Under the pieces are notes generated by a model. That model was given only the letters and a program-made list of their open reading frames with translations, ran no database searches and had not been told where the DNA came from. The position numbers and the translations under genes are program-made. This document shows, in pieces, positions 35,680 to 43,492 of a stretch of 64,000 nucleotides of DNA; positions within the stretch are counted from its first letter, which is position 1, and each line of letters begins with the position of its first letter. The DNA comes from Victivallaceae bacterium (lineage in GTDB: Bacteria; Verrucomicrobiota; Lentisphaeria; Victivallales; Victivallaceae). Location: NCBI GenBank assembly GCA_045585875.1, contig JAZMZH010000005.1, positions 1,089 to 65,088 on the forward strand, written 5' to 3'.

Positions 35680-36882
35680 ATGGCGGTATTCAAATATCTT
35701 GCGGCGGCTCCGGGCCGACGGTCCTCCGAGGTCGAGGTGGAGGCGGAAAACCCCGCCGAAGCCCTGCGCAAGCTCCGGGCCAGGGGCGACACCGTCATCC
35801 GTTTCCTGGGGGAGGCGGACGCCGGGAGCGACAACGCGATCTTTCTGCGGCGCAAAAAGAAGATCGACGTGCTGCTTTTCACCTCCGAACTCTCTCCTCT
35901 GCTGGCGGCGGGGATTCCCATCGAGAGGGCGCTGGCCATCATCGCCGAGGGGTGTGAAAACGAGGATCAGCGGGCCTTTGTGGTCTCCCTGCGGCAGGGG
36001 CTTCACGAGGGCAAGAAGCTCTCGGCCGTCATCCGTTCCTACGGACGGGCCTTCCCCGGATTTTACGCCAATTTGATCGAATCCGGCGAGGAATCCGGTT
36101 CGCTGGCGGTGGTGACCGCCGAGCTGGAACGTTTTTTGAAGGAGAGCCGGGAAACCCGGGACTTCATTATTTCCGGGGCCATTTATCCGGCGGTGGTGCT
36201 GGCGGTGACGGTGGCGGTTTCGCTGCTCATGTTTCTGGTTTTCATACCCCGTTTCGCCCGGCTCTTCGAGGACATGGGGCGCGCCATGCCCGAATCCATG
36301 AATTTCCTTCTGGCGGTGAGCGCATTTTTCAAGTGGACATGGTGGAGCGTGCCCTGCGCCCTCTTCATCGGCTGGCGGGCGGCCCGGAGCTTTTTCGGCG
36401 GAAACACCATTGAGCGATGGAGGAGCCGCGCCGTGCTCGGGATTCCGATCGTGGGCAAACTCCTCGTCCGCATGGAGGTGGGGCGCTTCTGCCGGACTCT
36501 GGCGATCCTCCTGGGAAATCAGGTGGAGATCATCCATTCGCTCCGGATCGCGGTCAGGGTGATCCAGAATCAGCATATCCGGGAGAGTTTCGACCGGGTC
36601 GAGGGGATGCTCCGGGGCGGCCGCCGGCTCTCCGACGCGCTGCATGGAAATCCGTATCTGCCCCCCGGTTTCATCTCCAAACTCCGGGTCGGAGAGGAAA
36701 CCGGCGAAACCGGTCCCATGCTCTCCGGCATCGCCGCCCAGACCGAGGCGGACGCCAGGCAGAGGATACGCCGCCTGCTCAACGCCTTCGAGCCGCTCAT
36801 CATCGTCGTGCTGGCTCTGGTGGTGGTTGTTGTTGTGATTTCAATTTTCATGGCGATTATGGACATAAACAGTATTGAGTGA
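35680..36882 (+). CDS. gspF: T2SS inner-membrane platform protein GspF
   Basis: 400 aa with duplicated GspF-type domains and three TM segments (YPAVVLAVTVAVSLLMFLVFIP ... FEPLIIVVLALVVVVVVISIF). Confidence 0.9.
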   Translation: MAVFKYLAAAPGRRSSEVEVEAENPAEALRKLRARGDTVIRFLGEADAGSDNAIFLRRKKKIDVLLFTSELSPLLAAGIPIERALAIIAEGCENEDQRAFVVSLRQGLHEGKKLSAVIRSYGRAFPGFYANLIESGEESGSLAVVTAELERFLKESRETRDFIISGAIYPAVVLAVTVAVSLLMFLVFIPRFARLFEDMGRAMPESMNFLLAVSAFFKWTWWSVPCALFIGWRAARSFFGGNTIERWRSRAVLGIPIVGKLLVRMEVGRFCRTLAILLGNQVEIIHSLRIAVRVIQNQHIRESFDRVEGMLRGGRRLSDALHGNPYLPPGFISKLRVGEETGETGPMLSGIAAQTEADARQRIRRLLNAFEPLIIVVLALVVVVVVISIFMAIMDINSIE

Positions 36883-36923
36883 TATATTATCGGGCCGGAT
36901 ACCGGCAGAAAGGAAGATTCCGA

Positions 36924-37358
36924 ATGAAAAAACACTGCAATGCGAAAAGGACCGTCCGATACGGATTCACCCTGGTGGAGATCATGGTGGTCATCGTGAT
37001 CCTGGTGATGCTGGCCAGTGTCGCCACGCCGCTGTACTTCCGCCATCTGAAGAACTCCCGTATCGCCACCGCCAAAACCCAGATTGCCATGCTGGAACAG
37101 GCTCTCGACGACTATCGTCTGGACAACGGCGACTATCCGGACGAACTCGCCGCGCTCATGGAAAATACCGAGCAGTTGTCCTCCTGGGACGGCCCCTACA
37201 TCAAGCCCGCCGTGCCCAAAGACCCCTGGGGACGGGACTACGTCTACATCTGCCCGGGCGAAAACGGCGAGTTCGATCTGCTCTCCTACGGCAAGGACGG
37301 GCGGCCCGGCGGCAGCGGCGAGGACGCCGACATCGCCAATTACGTCGTAAACGACTGA
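36924..37358 (+). CDS. gspG: Major pseudopilin GspG
   Basis: Prepilin leader plus GFTLVEIMVVIVILVMLA. Then TAKTQIAMLEQALDDYRLDNGDYP, WDGPYIK, DPWGRDYVY, LLSYGKDGRPGG. Confidence 0.93.
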   Translation: MKKHCNAKRTVRYGFTLVEIMVVIVILVMLASVATPLYFRHLKNSRIATAKTQIAMLEQALDDYRLDNGDYPDELAALMENTEQLSSWDGPYIKPAVPKDPWGRDYVYICPGENGEFDLLSYGKDGRPGGSGEDADIANYVVND

Positions 37359-37377
37359 TGCGAACTGCGGATCGTGC

Positions 37378-37947
37378 GTGAAACGGCGCGGATTCACTCT
37401 GCTGGAGATTCTGGCGGTCACCGCGGTGATGATGCTGGTCATTGCCGTGGCGACGGTGCGGATGCGCCCGGGAGGCGCCGCCGTCAGGTTTGAAAACGCG
37501 GTGCGGGAGTACCGCAACTGCGCCCTGCGCGCCCGCAACGCCGCCCGCGAAAGGGGGATGCGGATGCAGGTGTGCTTCGACCCCGGCGCCGGAGAATTCC
37601 GGATTCGTGCTTACGACGGGGCGCCGGACGATGAGGATCCCCTGGAGTTGAACCTGCTGCTGCCCCCGGCGGAGTTGCTGGCCGAGAGCTTCGACGAGGA
37701 AACCGTCCGGGAAATCGCGGGCATTCCGGGGGATGCCGGGGACGAACCGCCCGCTTCGTGGCGGCTTCCGGAGGGATGCCGCATCGAGATCGACGGCGCG
37801 GAACCGGAGGAGGAGAGCCGCTGCGTGCTCTTTTATCCCTCGGGGGGCGCCGACGGCTCCGGATGTGTTCTGGCCATGGGGGGACGCCGGGTCCGGCTGA
37901 CCCATTCGCCGCTCACCGGCGCGATGCTGGCGGAGGAGGAGCCGTGA
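37378..37947 (+). CDS. gspH: Minor pseudopilin, GspH-like
   Basis: GTG start. N-terminal RRGFTLLEILAVTAVMMLVIAV prepilin methylation motif. Assignment by position after gspG. Confidence 0.7.
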   Translation: MKRRGFTLLEILAVTAVMMLVIAVATVRMRPGGAAVRFENAVREYRNCALRARNAARERGMRMQVCFDPGAGEFRIRAYDGAPDDEDPLELNLLLPPAELLAESFDEETVREIAGIPGDAGDEPPASWRLPEGCRIEIDGAEPEEESRCVLFYPSGGADGSGCVLAMGGRRVRLTHSPLTGAMLAEEEP

Positions 37948-38360
37948 AGAGCATCCGACATGGTTTCACCCTGGTGGAGATGGTGGTCGCCATGGCCATT
38001 CTGTCCGGGAGCCTCGCCGCGTTGTTTTCCCTTGCCGCCGGAGCGCAGAAACGTCTTTTCAAGGCCCGCGCCGAGTGGCTGGAAAATCATCTGATGGAGC
38101 AGGCCGCGGAGTTTTATCTCCTCGGCATGGACCGGGACCCGGAGGCGCCGCCGGATTTCGTATTCGATGAAAAGGAATACATCCCGGAGTGCTTTTTCGC
38201 CGACGCCGAGGATCTCCCGGAGGATTTCCTGATTTCGTCCGGACAGGCGGAGCTGGTGGAGATGCGGATCCGGATCCTGCGCGCCTCCACCCGCGAACCG
38301 GTGCGGGAGCTGCGGGTGGAAAAGATCGACTACCGCAATCTGGAGACCGGCAATGAGTAG
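37944..38360 (+). CDS. gspI: Minor pseudopilin, GspI-like
   Basis: GTG start overlapping the upstream stop (GTGA). HGFTLVEMVVAMAILSG motif. About 138 aa. Confidence 0.7.
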   Translation: MKSIRHGFTLVEMVVAMAILSGSLAALFSLAAGAQKRLFKARAEWLENHLMEQAAEFYLLGMDRDPEAPPDFVFDEKEYIPECFFADAEDLPEDFLISSGQAELVEMRIRILRASTREPVRELRVEKIDYRNLETGNE

Positions 38361-39072
38361 ATCCCGGAACTTCACTCTGGCGGAGATGATGGTCTCCATG
38401 CTGCTGCTGGCGCTGGTCGGGACGATCCTTGCCACCGCCATGGGAATTTTTCTCAACAGCTACAAGACCGCGCAGAAGGTGGAAAAGGAATTGCAGCGAA
38501 ATCTCGCCATCGACGGTTTCGCCGATTCGGTGCTGGCGCGGGCGGTGCCCTTCAGCTGGCCGGACCGGGATGAGAACGACGCGGAAAAAGTGGTTTTCAA
38601 GGGCGAGCCGGATGAAATGTTTCTGTGCGCCCTGCGCCCGGTGCGGGATTCCGGCGGAATGATTTTCGCGAGAGTCTATCAGGACGACGGCCGTCTGATG
38701 GTCGATTACAGCTTCACGCCGCTCCTGCCCTGGCTGGATATGGGCGGACAGAACTTCCGAAGCGAAGTGCTGGCGGAAAATCTCGAAAGCCTGGAGTTTC
38801 ATTACGCCGTCATCGACCGGGAGGGGGAGGAGCCTCCGGAGTGGTATGAAAACTGGGAGGACGCCGGGGCGGAGGACGGCATCCCCGACGCCGTGGCCAT
38901 GACCTGCGTCTTCAGGGACGGCGCGAAACTCTCCTGGCTGCGGCGTGCCGCGGGGGTCAGCGGCACCGGAGCTTTTTATTCGCCGGTATCCTCCGGGGAC
39001 GGAGGCGGCGCCGGCGGTTTCCAAACTCAGGGCAATCCCGGCGGTCCCCCGCCGCCCGGAGGGGGATTCTGA
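38353..39072 (+). CDS. gspJ: Minor pseudopilin, GspJ-like
   Basis: RNFTLAEMMVSMLLLALVG motif. 239 aa. Assignment by position. Confidence 0.7.
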   Translation: MSRSRNFTLAEMMVSMLLLALVGTILATAMGIFLNSYKTAQKVEKELQRNLAIDGFADSVLARAVPFSWPDRDENDAEKVVFKGEPDEMFLCALRPVRDSGGMIFARVYQDDGRLMVDYSFTPLLPWLDMGGQNFRSEVLAENLESLEFHYAVIDREGEEPPEWYENWEDAGAEDGIPDAVAMTCVFRDGAKLSWLRRAAGVSGTGAFYSPVSSGDGGGAGGFQTQGNPGGPPPPGGGF

Positions 39073-39073
39073 G

Positions 39074-40060
39074 ATGAAGGGCGGACGCGGAGAGAGAGGC
39101 GCGGCGCTGATCGCCGTCCTGGCGCTGGTTTCCACCTGCAGCGTGCTGGTGGCGGCCATGGTCCTGCTGGGCCGGGTGCACCGTACCGAGGTGCATACCC
39201 GGTGTCTCATGAGCACATCCAGATACCTGGCCGAAAGCGCCGTGAACCGGATCGTGTGGCTGCTGACCGCGGATCGGGAACTCTTCCCGGACAGCGTGCC
39301 GGGGGAGGTCGATTACGACGAATTCAGCCACGACCGCTACATGGCCGACGGCGTGATCCACACCATGGAATACATGGGGCGCACTGTGCGCTTCCGGATA
39401 GAGGACGCCGTCCGCGGGCTGGATCTCTCCTCCGGGGCCTCCGGACTGGATGTGCTGCTGGCGGGACGGGAGGATGAGACCGCCGTCGCCGACGCCCTGG
39501 AGAGTTTCGCCGACAGGATCGGCGACTACATCGACGCCGACGACAGCGTGACCGGAGACGGCATGGAGGCGGATGATTTCGAAGCCGCCGGACAGGAGCC
39601 GCTGCCCCGCAACGGCGCCTGGCAGTACCGGGAGGAGCTGATGTGGCTGCCGGAAGCGGAGAAGTTTCTGCCCTGCGACCGTTTCGGCCGTCCGGTCGGA
39701 ATCATGTTTCCGCAGGCCGCGTCCGCCGCTTCCTCCGATTCCAGGCCGAGTCTTTTCACCGCCACCTGGACCGAACTGACGACCCGGGGCGGCCTGTCCC
39801 AGTCCGAGGCGCTGCAGGTGCTCGAGGCGCTGAACCGTTGGCGGCGGGAAAAAACGCCTCTCTCCGACACCCTGGACGGGACCCTGTACCTGAATCTCGG
39901 CGAGAATTTCCGGCTTGACGAATCCGGCGTTTACCGGGTGACCGTCGAACAGGCCGCGGCGGACGGCGAACCCACCGCCGTGCTCAGCGCGGTTTTTGAG
40001 GCTTATTCCGGGGCGCCGGACGGAAACGTGCTCACCTTTTGGGAATGGATGGTTTTTTAG
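39074..40060 (+). CDS. gspK: Minor pseudopilin, GspK-like
   Basis: N-terminus ERGAALIAVLALVSTCSVL, which lacks Phe+1/Glu+5 as is typical of GspK. About 328 aa and last in the pseudopilin series. Confidence 0.7.
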   Translation: MKGGRGERGAALIAVLALVSTCSVLVAAMVLLGRVHRTEVHTRCLMSTSRYLAESAVNRIVWLLTADRELFPDSVPGEVDYDEFSHDRYMADGVIHTMEYMGRTVRFRIEDAVRGLDLSSGASGLDVLLAGREDETAVADALESFADRIGDYIDADDSVTGDGMEADDFEAAGQEPLPRNGAWQYREELMWLPEAEKFLPCDRFGRPVGIMFPQAASAASSDSRPSLFTATWTELTTRGGLSQSEALQVLEALNRWRREKTPLSDTLDGTLYLNLGENFRLDESGVYRVTVEQAAADGEPTAVLSAVFEAYSGAPDGNVLTFWEWMVF

Positions 40061-40064
40061 CCAA

Positions 40065-40231
40065 GGTTGCGTAAAATACCGGCGCGTCTTTCTGCGCCTG
40101 ACGAAAGTGCGAACCGGGAGCATTTTCGGCGGTTACTATACGAGTAGCCGCGCTCAAATTACCCGATTCGCCTTTTTCGCCAGTCATCTGAAATCCGCTG
40201 CCGTTCTCTTGCGCACCCCCGGCTCATCCGG
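40065..40231. repeat. Repeat-family copy A (about 154-bp core plus 13-bp spacer)
   Basis: Begins GGTTGCGTAAAATACCGGCGCG. Core ends TTGCGCACCC (40209-40218). Internal hairpin at 40129-40151. Confidence 0.85.
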
Positions 40232-40400
40232 GGTTGCGTAAAGTACCGGCGCGTTTTGCGTCGCCTCGCAAAAGTCCGAAACGGGGCATTTTCGGCGGTT
40301 ACCCTACGGGTAGCCGCACTCAAATTACCCATTTCGTCTTTTTCGCGAGTCATCCGAAATCCGCTGCCGCTCTTTTTCGCAACCCCGTCTTCAGCCGGGT
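40232..40400. repeat. Repeat-family copy B (tandem to A, about four-fifths identical by eye)
   Basis: Begins GGTTGCGTAAAGTACCGGCGCG. Core ends TTCGCAACC (40376-40384). Hairpin at 40295-40317. Confidence 0.85.
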
Positions 40401-40665
40401 CTGCTTTCTCCGGGAGGTCTCCGGATGAAACGTTTCAAAACCCCATCTTTTTTTGGGAATATTGCAATGGTGTTTCAGCTCAAAAACACTGAAAATGATA
40501 CAAAAAAATCGAAAAAAACCCGATTTTTATTTGCAGTTTTCCTCCTTCGTGATATATTAACAGGACATTGGATGCGGATTGCCGGAGACGGTACGGCGGT
40601 AAACGGCTGCCCGCCGCATCGGAGCCGGCCCCGGTGAAAAAAATACAGGAAAAGGTTGTAAGAGT

Positions 40666-41028
40666 ATGGCACTTCGTATCAGATTGAAACGTACAGGCAC
40701 CCGCAATCAGAGCTGCTTTCGCGTAGTTGTGATGGATGCCAGAAGCAGTCGGGACGGAAAGGCGATCGAGGAGATCGGTTTTTACGATCCCAACAAAAAA
40801 ATTGAACGGCTCGACCTTGAGCGCTTCGCCTACTGGGTGAAGAACGGCGGCATCCCCTCCGAGACGGTCGGCGACATCGCGGATCGCCTCACCAAAGGGA
40901 TCGTGCTGGCCGACCGGGTGCGCCCGGCTTCGATTTCCAAAAAGGCCAGGGCCAAAGCCGAGGCGGAAGCCAAGGCCAAGGCTGAAGCGGATGCCCAGGC
41001 CGACGCCGGCGAGCCCGCCCAGGCATGA
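40666..41028 (+). CDS. rpsP: 30S ribosomal protein S16 with Ala/Lys/Glu-rich C-terminal extension
   Basis: MALRIRLKRTGTRNQSCFRVVVMDARSSRDGKAIEEIGFYDP. C-terminal tail KKARAKAEAEAKAKAEADAQADAGEPAQA. Confidence 0.95.
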   Translation: MALRIRLKRTGTRNQSCFRVVVMDARSSRDGKAIEEIGFYDPNKKIERLDLERFAYWVKNGGIPSETVGDIADRLTKGIVLADRVRPASISKKARAKAEAEAKAKAEADAQADAGEPAQA

Positions 41029-41087
41029 CGCCGCGGCGGACGCGATCCCGATGATGCGGTCCGACCGAATCATTTGCGAGGTGTGAG

Positions 41088-41390
41088 ATGTTTGGTTTTC
41101 TTAAAAAGCTCTTCGGCGGAAAAGGCGGAGCGTGCTGCTGTCATGCTGCGGGCAGCGGTCCGGAGGCGTTTGTCGCTTATGTGGCCGCTCAGCTCGTCGA
41201 TTATCCCGGAGATCTTTCCGTCAGGAGCGAGGAAAAGGACGGCGCGATCACGATTTACATCGAGTGCCGCCAAGAGGACAGAGGCAAGATCATCGGCAAG
41301 CATGGCAAGACCATCTCGGCCATCCGCAATCTTGCCGGAGGCGCCGCCGGCCGTATGCGCCGACGCGTCAATGTCGAAGTGGTTGATTGA
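41088..41390 (+). CDS. KH-domain RNA-binding protein (KhpA/UPF0109-like) with N-terminal extension
   Basis: GKIIGKHGKTISAIRNL (the GxxG KH motif). About 24 extra N-terminal residues: MFGFLKKLFGGKGGACCCHAAGSG. Confidence 0.85.
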   Translation: MFGFLKKLFGGKGGACCCHAAGSGPEAFVAYVAAQLVDYPGDLSVRSEEKDGAITIYIECRQEDRGKIIGKHGKTISAIRNLAGGAAGRMRRRVNVEVVD

Positions 41391-42091
41391 AATTGAAGGT
41401 TGATGTGGTCACCATTTTCCCGGAGCTTTACCCGGGACCTCTGGGCCACAGTGTTGTCGGGCGTGCGCTCCGAAACGGAATTCTGGATGTGCACGCGGTT
41501 GATTTGAGAAATTTTGCGCATGACCGCCGCGGTACGGTGGACGATAAGCCTTACGGCGGCGGACCGGGCATGCTGATGAAGGTCGAGCCGCTCGTGGAGG
41601 CCGTCGAGTCTCTGCGGCGTCCGGAGAGCGTGGTCCTGCTGGCCACGCCCCGGGGCGAACGCTTCACGCAGCGGATGGCGGAGGAGCTCGCACAGGCTTC
41701 CCACCTTGTGATTGTCTGCGGACATTACGAGGGGGTGGACGAGCGGGCCGCCGAACTGCTGAAGTGGCGGGAGGTCTCCATCGGCGACTATGTCCTCTCC
41801 AGCGGCAATCTGCCGGCGATGGTGATCGTGGATGCCGTGGCCAGGCTCCTGCCGGGAGTGCTGGGCAGCGACGAATCCAGCGAGGACGAGTCCTTTTCCG
41901 CGGGGCTGTTGGAGTATCCGCAGTACACGCGGCCTCCGGAATACCGGGGGCTGAAGGTGCCTGAGGTGCTTTTGTCGGGAGATCACGGCGAGATCGCCCG
42001 GTGGAGACGGGCCGAAGCCGCCCGGATCACCGGACAGAGACGGCCGGATCTCTGCGGAGAGGACGCCGGTCCGGGATGCGCTGAGAGTTGA
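41387..42091 (+). CDS. trmD: tRNA (guanine37-N1)-methyltransferase TrmD
   Basis: VVTIFPELYPGPL, VDDKPYGGGPGMLMK, ICGHYEGVDER, SIGDYVLSGG-like. Apparent TTG start overlapping the KH gene stop. Confidence 0.92.
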   Translation: MKLKVDVVTIFPELYPGPLGHSVVGRALRNGILDVHAVDLRNFAHDRRGTVDDKPYGGGPGMLMKVEPLVEAVESLRRPESVVLLATPRGERFTQRMAEELAQASHLVIVCGHYEGVDERAAELLKWREVSIGDYVLSSGNLPAMVIVDAVARLLPGVLGSDESSEDESFSAGLLEYPQYTRPPEYRGLKVPEVLLSGDHGEIARWRRAEAARITGQRRPDLCGEDAGPGCAES

Positions 42092-42148
42092 AGTGATTTC
42101 CGCCGAGGCGGAGAGATGAACATGTTGCAGGAAAACGTGGAGGACAGG

Positions 42149-42496
42149 ATGAACATAATGGACAAACTGCGCAACGAGGGGTTGCGCGAGGACGCCGGTA
42201 AATTCAATGTCGGCGACACGATCAAAATCTATGTGAAGATCGTCGAGGGCGACACGCACCGTATCCAGAGCTTTACCGGTACGGTGATCCGCCGCCGGGG
42301 CGCCGGGATCGAAGAGACCTTCACCGTGCGCCGTGTGGTCGCCGGTCAGGGCGTGGAGAGGGTTTTCCCGGTGCATACCCCCATGATCGACCGTATCGAG
42401 GTGGTGCGCCGCGGTTCGGTCCGCCGGGCCAAGCTCCACTATCTGCGTACGAAGATCGGCAAGGCCGCCCGGGTGAAGGAGCTCAGGGAAAACTGA
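42149..42496 (+). CDS. rplS: 50S ribosomal protein L19
   Basis: [33 protein letters not shown]...[21 protein letters not shown]. Start placed at 42149 (GGAGG 5 nt upstream, gives 115 aa). The ORF track starts at 42116. Confidence 0.93.
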   Translation: MNIMDKLRNEGLREDAGKFNVGDTIKIYVKIVEGDTHRIQSFTGTVIRRRGAGIEETFTVRRVVAGQGVERVFPVHTPMIDRIEVVRRGSVRRAKLHYLRTKIGKAARVKELREN

Positions 42497-42533
42497 TTCC
42501 GGTATCCGACCGGCGGTATCAAGGTCCCGCGGG

Positions 42534-43187
42534 ATGAAAAATCTGTCGGAAGATGACGAACTCCTCCGCCTGGAAAATACATTGCGGGCGGAGGGGTTTC
42601 GCTTTATCGCCGGAGTGGACGAGGCCGGCCGCGGGCCGCTGGCCGGGCCGGTGGTGGCCGCCGCGGTGGTCTTTCCGCCCGGGGTCCCGCTGCCGGCGGT
42701 GAACGACTCCAAGAAACTTTCCGCCGCCTGCCGCGAAGAGCTGGAGGCGGCCGTCCGGGCGGTGCCGGGCGTGGAGGTTTCCGTGGCGGCGGTGACGGCG
42801 GAGGAGATTGACGCCTCCGACATCCTGCGGAGCACGCACCGGGCGATGCGGGAGGCGGTGAGAGGGCTCGCGAATTGTGATTTCGTGCTGGTGGACGGAC
42901 TGCCAGTGGGCGGATTTGCCGCTCCGGACCGTTCGCTGGTGAAGGGCGACGCTCAATGCGCCTGCATCGCGGCGGCGAGCATCGTCGCAAAAGTTTTTCG
43001 GGATCGTCTGATGGTGGAATTCGATCGCGTGTACCCCGGCTACGGTTTTGCGGAGCACAAGGGATACGGCACGGCCGGACATCTTGAGGCTCTGCGTCGT
43101 CTGGGGCCGTGTCCGATTCACCGCCGGAGTTTCGCTCCGGTGCGGGATCTGATCGCGCCGCCGCCGGAGCAGCCCGAGCTTTTTTGA
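42534..43187 (+). CDS. rnhB: Ribonuclease HII
   Basis: IAGVDEAGRGPLAGPVVAAAVV, DSKKL, ASIVAK, GYG motifs. Confidence 0.92.
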   Translation: MKNLSEDDELLRLENTLRAEGFRFIAGVDEAGRGPLAGPVVAAAVVFPPGVPLPAVNDSKKLSAACREELEAAVRAVPGVEVSVAAVTAEEIDASDILRSTHRAMREAVRGLANCDFVLVDGLPVGGFAAPDRSLVKGDAQCACIAAASIVAKVFRDRLMVEFDRVYPGYGFAEHKGYGTAGHLEALRRLGPCPIHRRSFAPVRDLIAPPPEQPELF

Positions 43188-43492
43188 CAGGAGCGGTTAT
43201 GAAAATTGCAGAAAGAGTAAGGAGGTCTCCCCGCGCAACCGGCGCGGGTGTGACTGTGTGCGGCTGACCGGGATCTCCGGACGGGCGCGGGCGGGGAGGG
43301 CCCGCATCCCGCGCCTGCGCGATCCCCGCGGCCCGGAGGGAGACGGAAGTGTCTTCCGGCGTCCGGGCCTCCGGCTGTCTGCGGTGTGCGGGCCGCGGTA
43401 TTCCGCGCCGCTTCCCGGGCCGGAACCGCCGATCGTCTTTGCAGTCGGCGGAGGTTTGACAGATTTGATTTCACTTTTGAGAGAGGAAAGAA

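Noticed and set aside
40262-40285. AAAGTCCG string (also at 56932-56945), reminiscent of the RNase P RNA GGAAAGTCCGGGC core.
   Set aside because: Only 8 nt match, the flanking P4/P5-type sequences are absent, and the string is part of the repeat family.
40065-40400. Minus-strand peptides in the repeat family. F(V/A/I)RRRKTR is conserved in three copies, with codon differences that look synonymous.
   Set aside because: An indel shifts the frame between copies A and B upstream of the motif. Copy C loses the motif. There are no consistent start codons or SD-like sequences. With three copies, the apparent synonymous pattern may be chance or reflect RNA structure.
40425-40637. 70-aa ORF in the AT-rich region upstream of rpsP.
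   Set aside because: It spans a promoter-like AT-rich island (TTGCAG-16-TATATT) and the rpsP leader. The composition changes abruptly mid-ORF and it has no SD-like sequence.
43199-43267. 22-codon ORF (MKIAERVRRSPRATGAGVTVCG) in the thrS upstream region.
   Set aside because: It has no convincing SD-like sequence and an arbitrary composition. The AAGGAGG inside it is not followed by a start codon. The region is treated as leader RNA.
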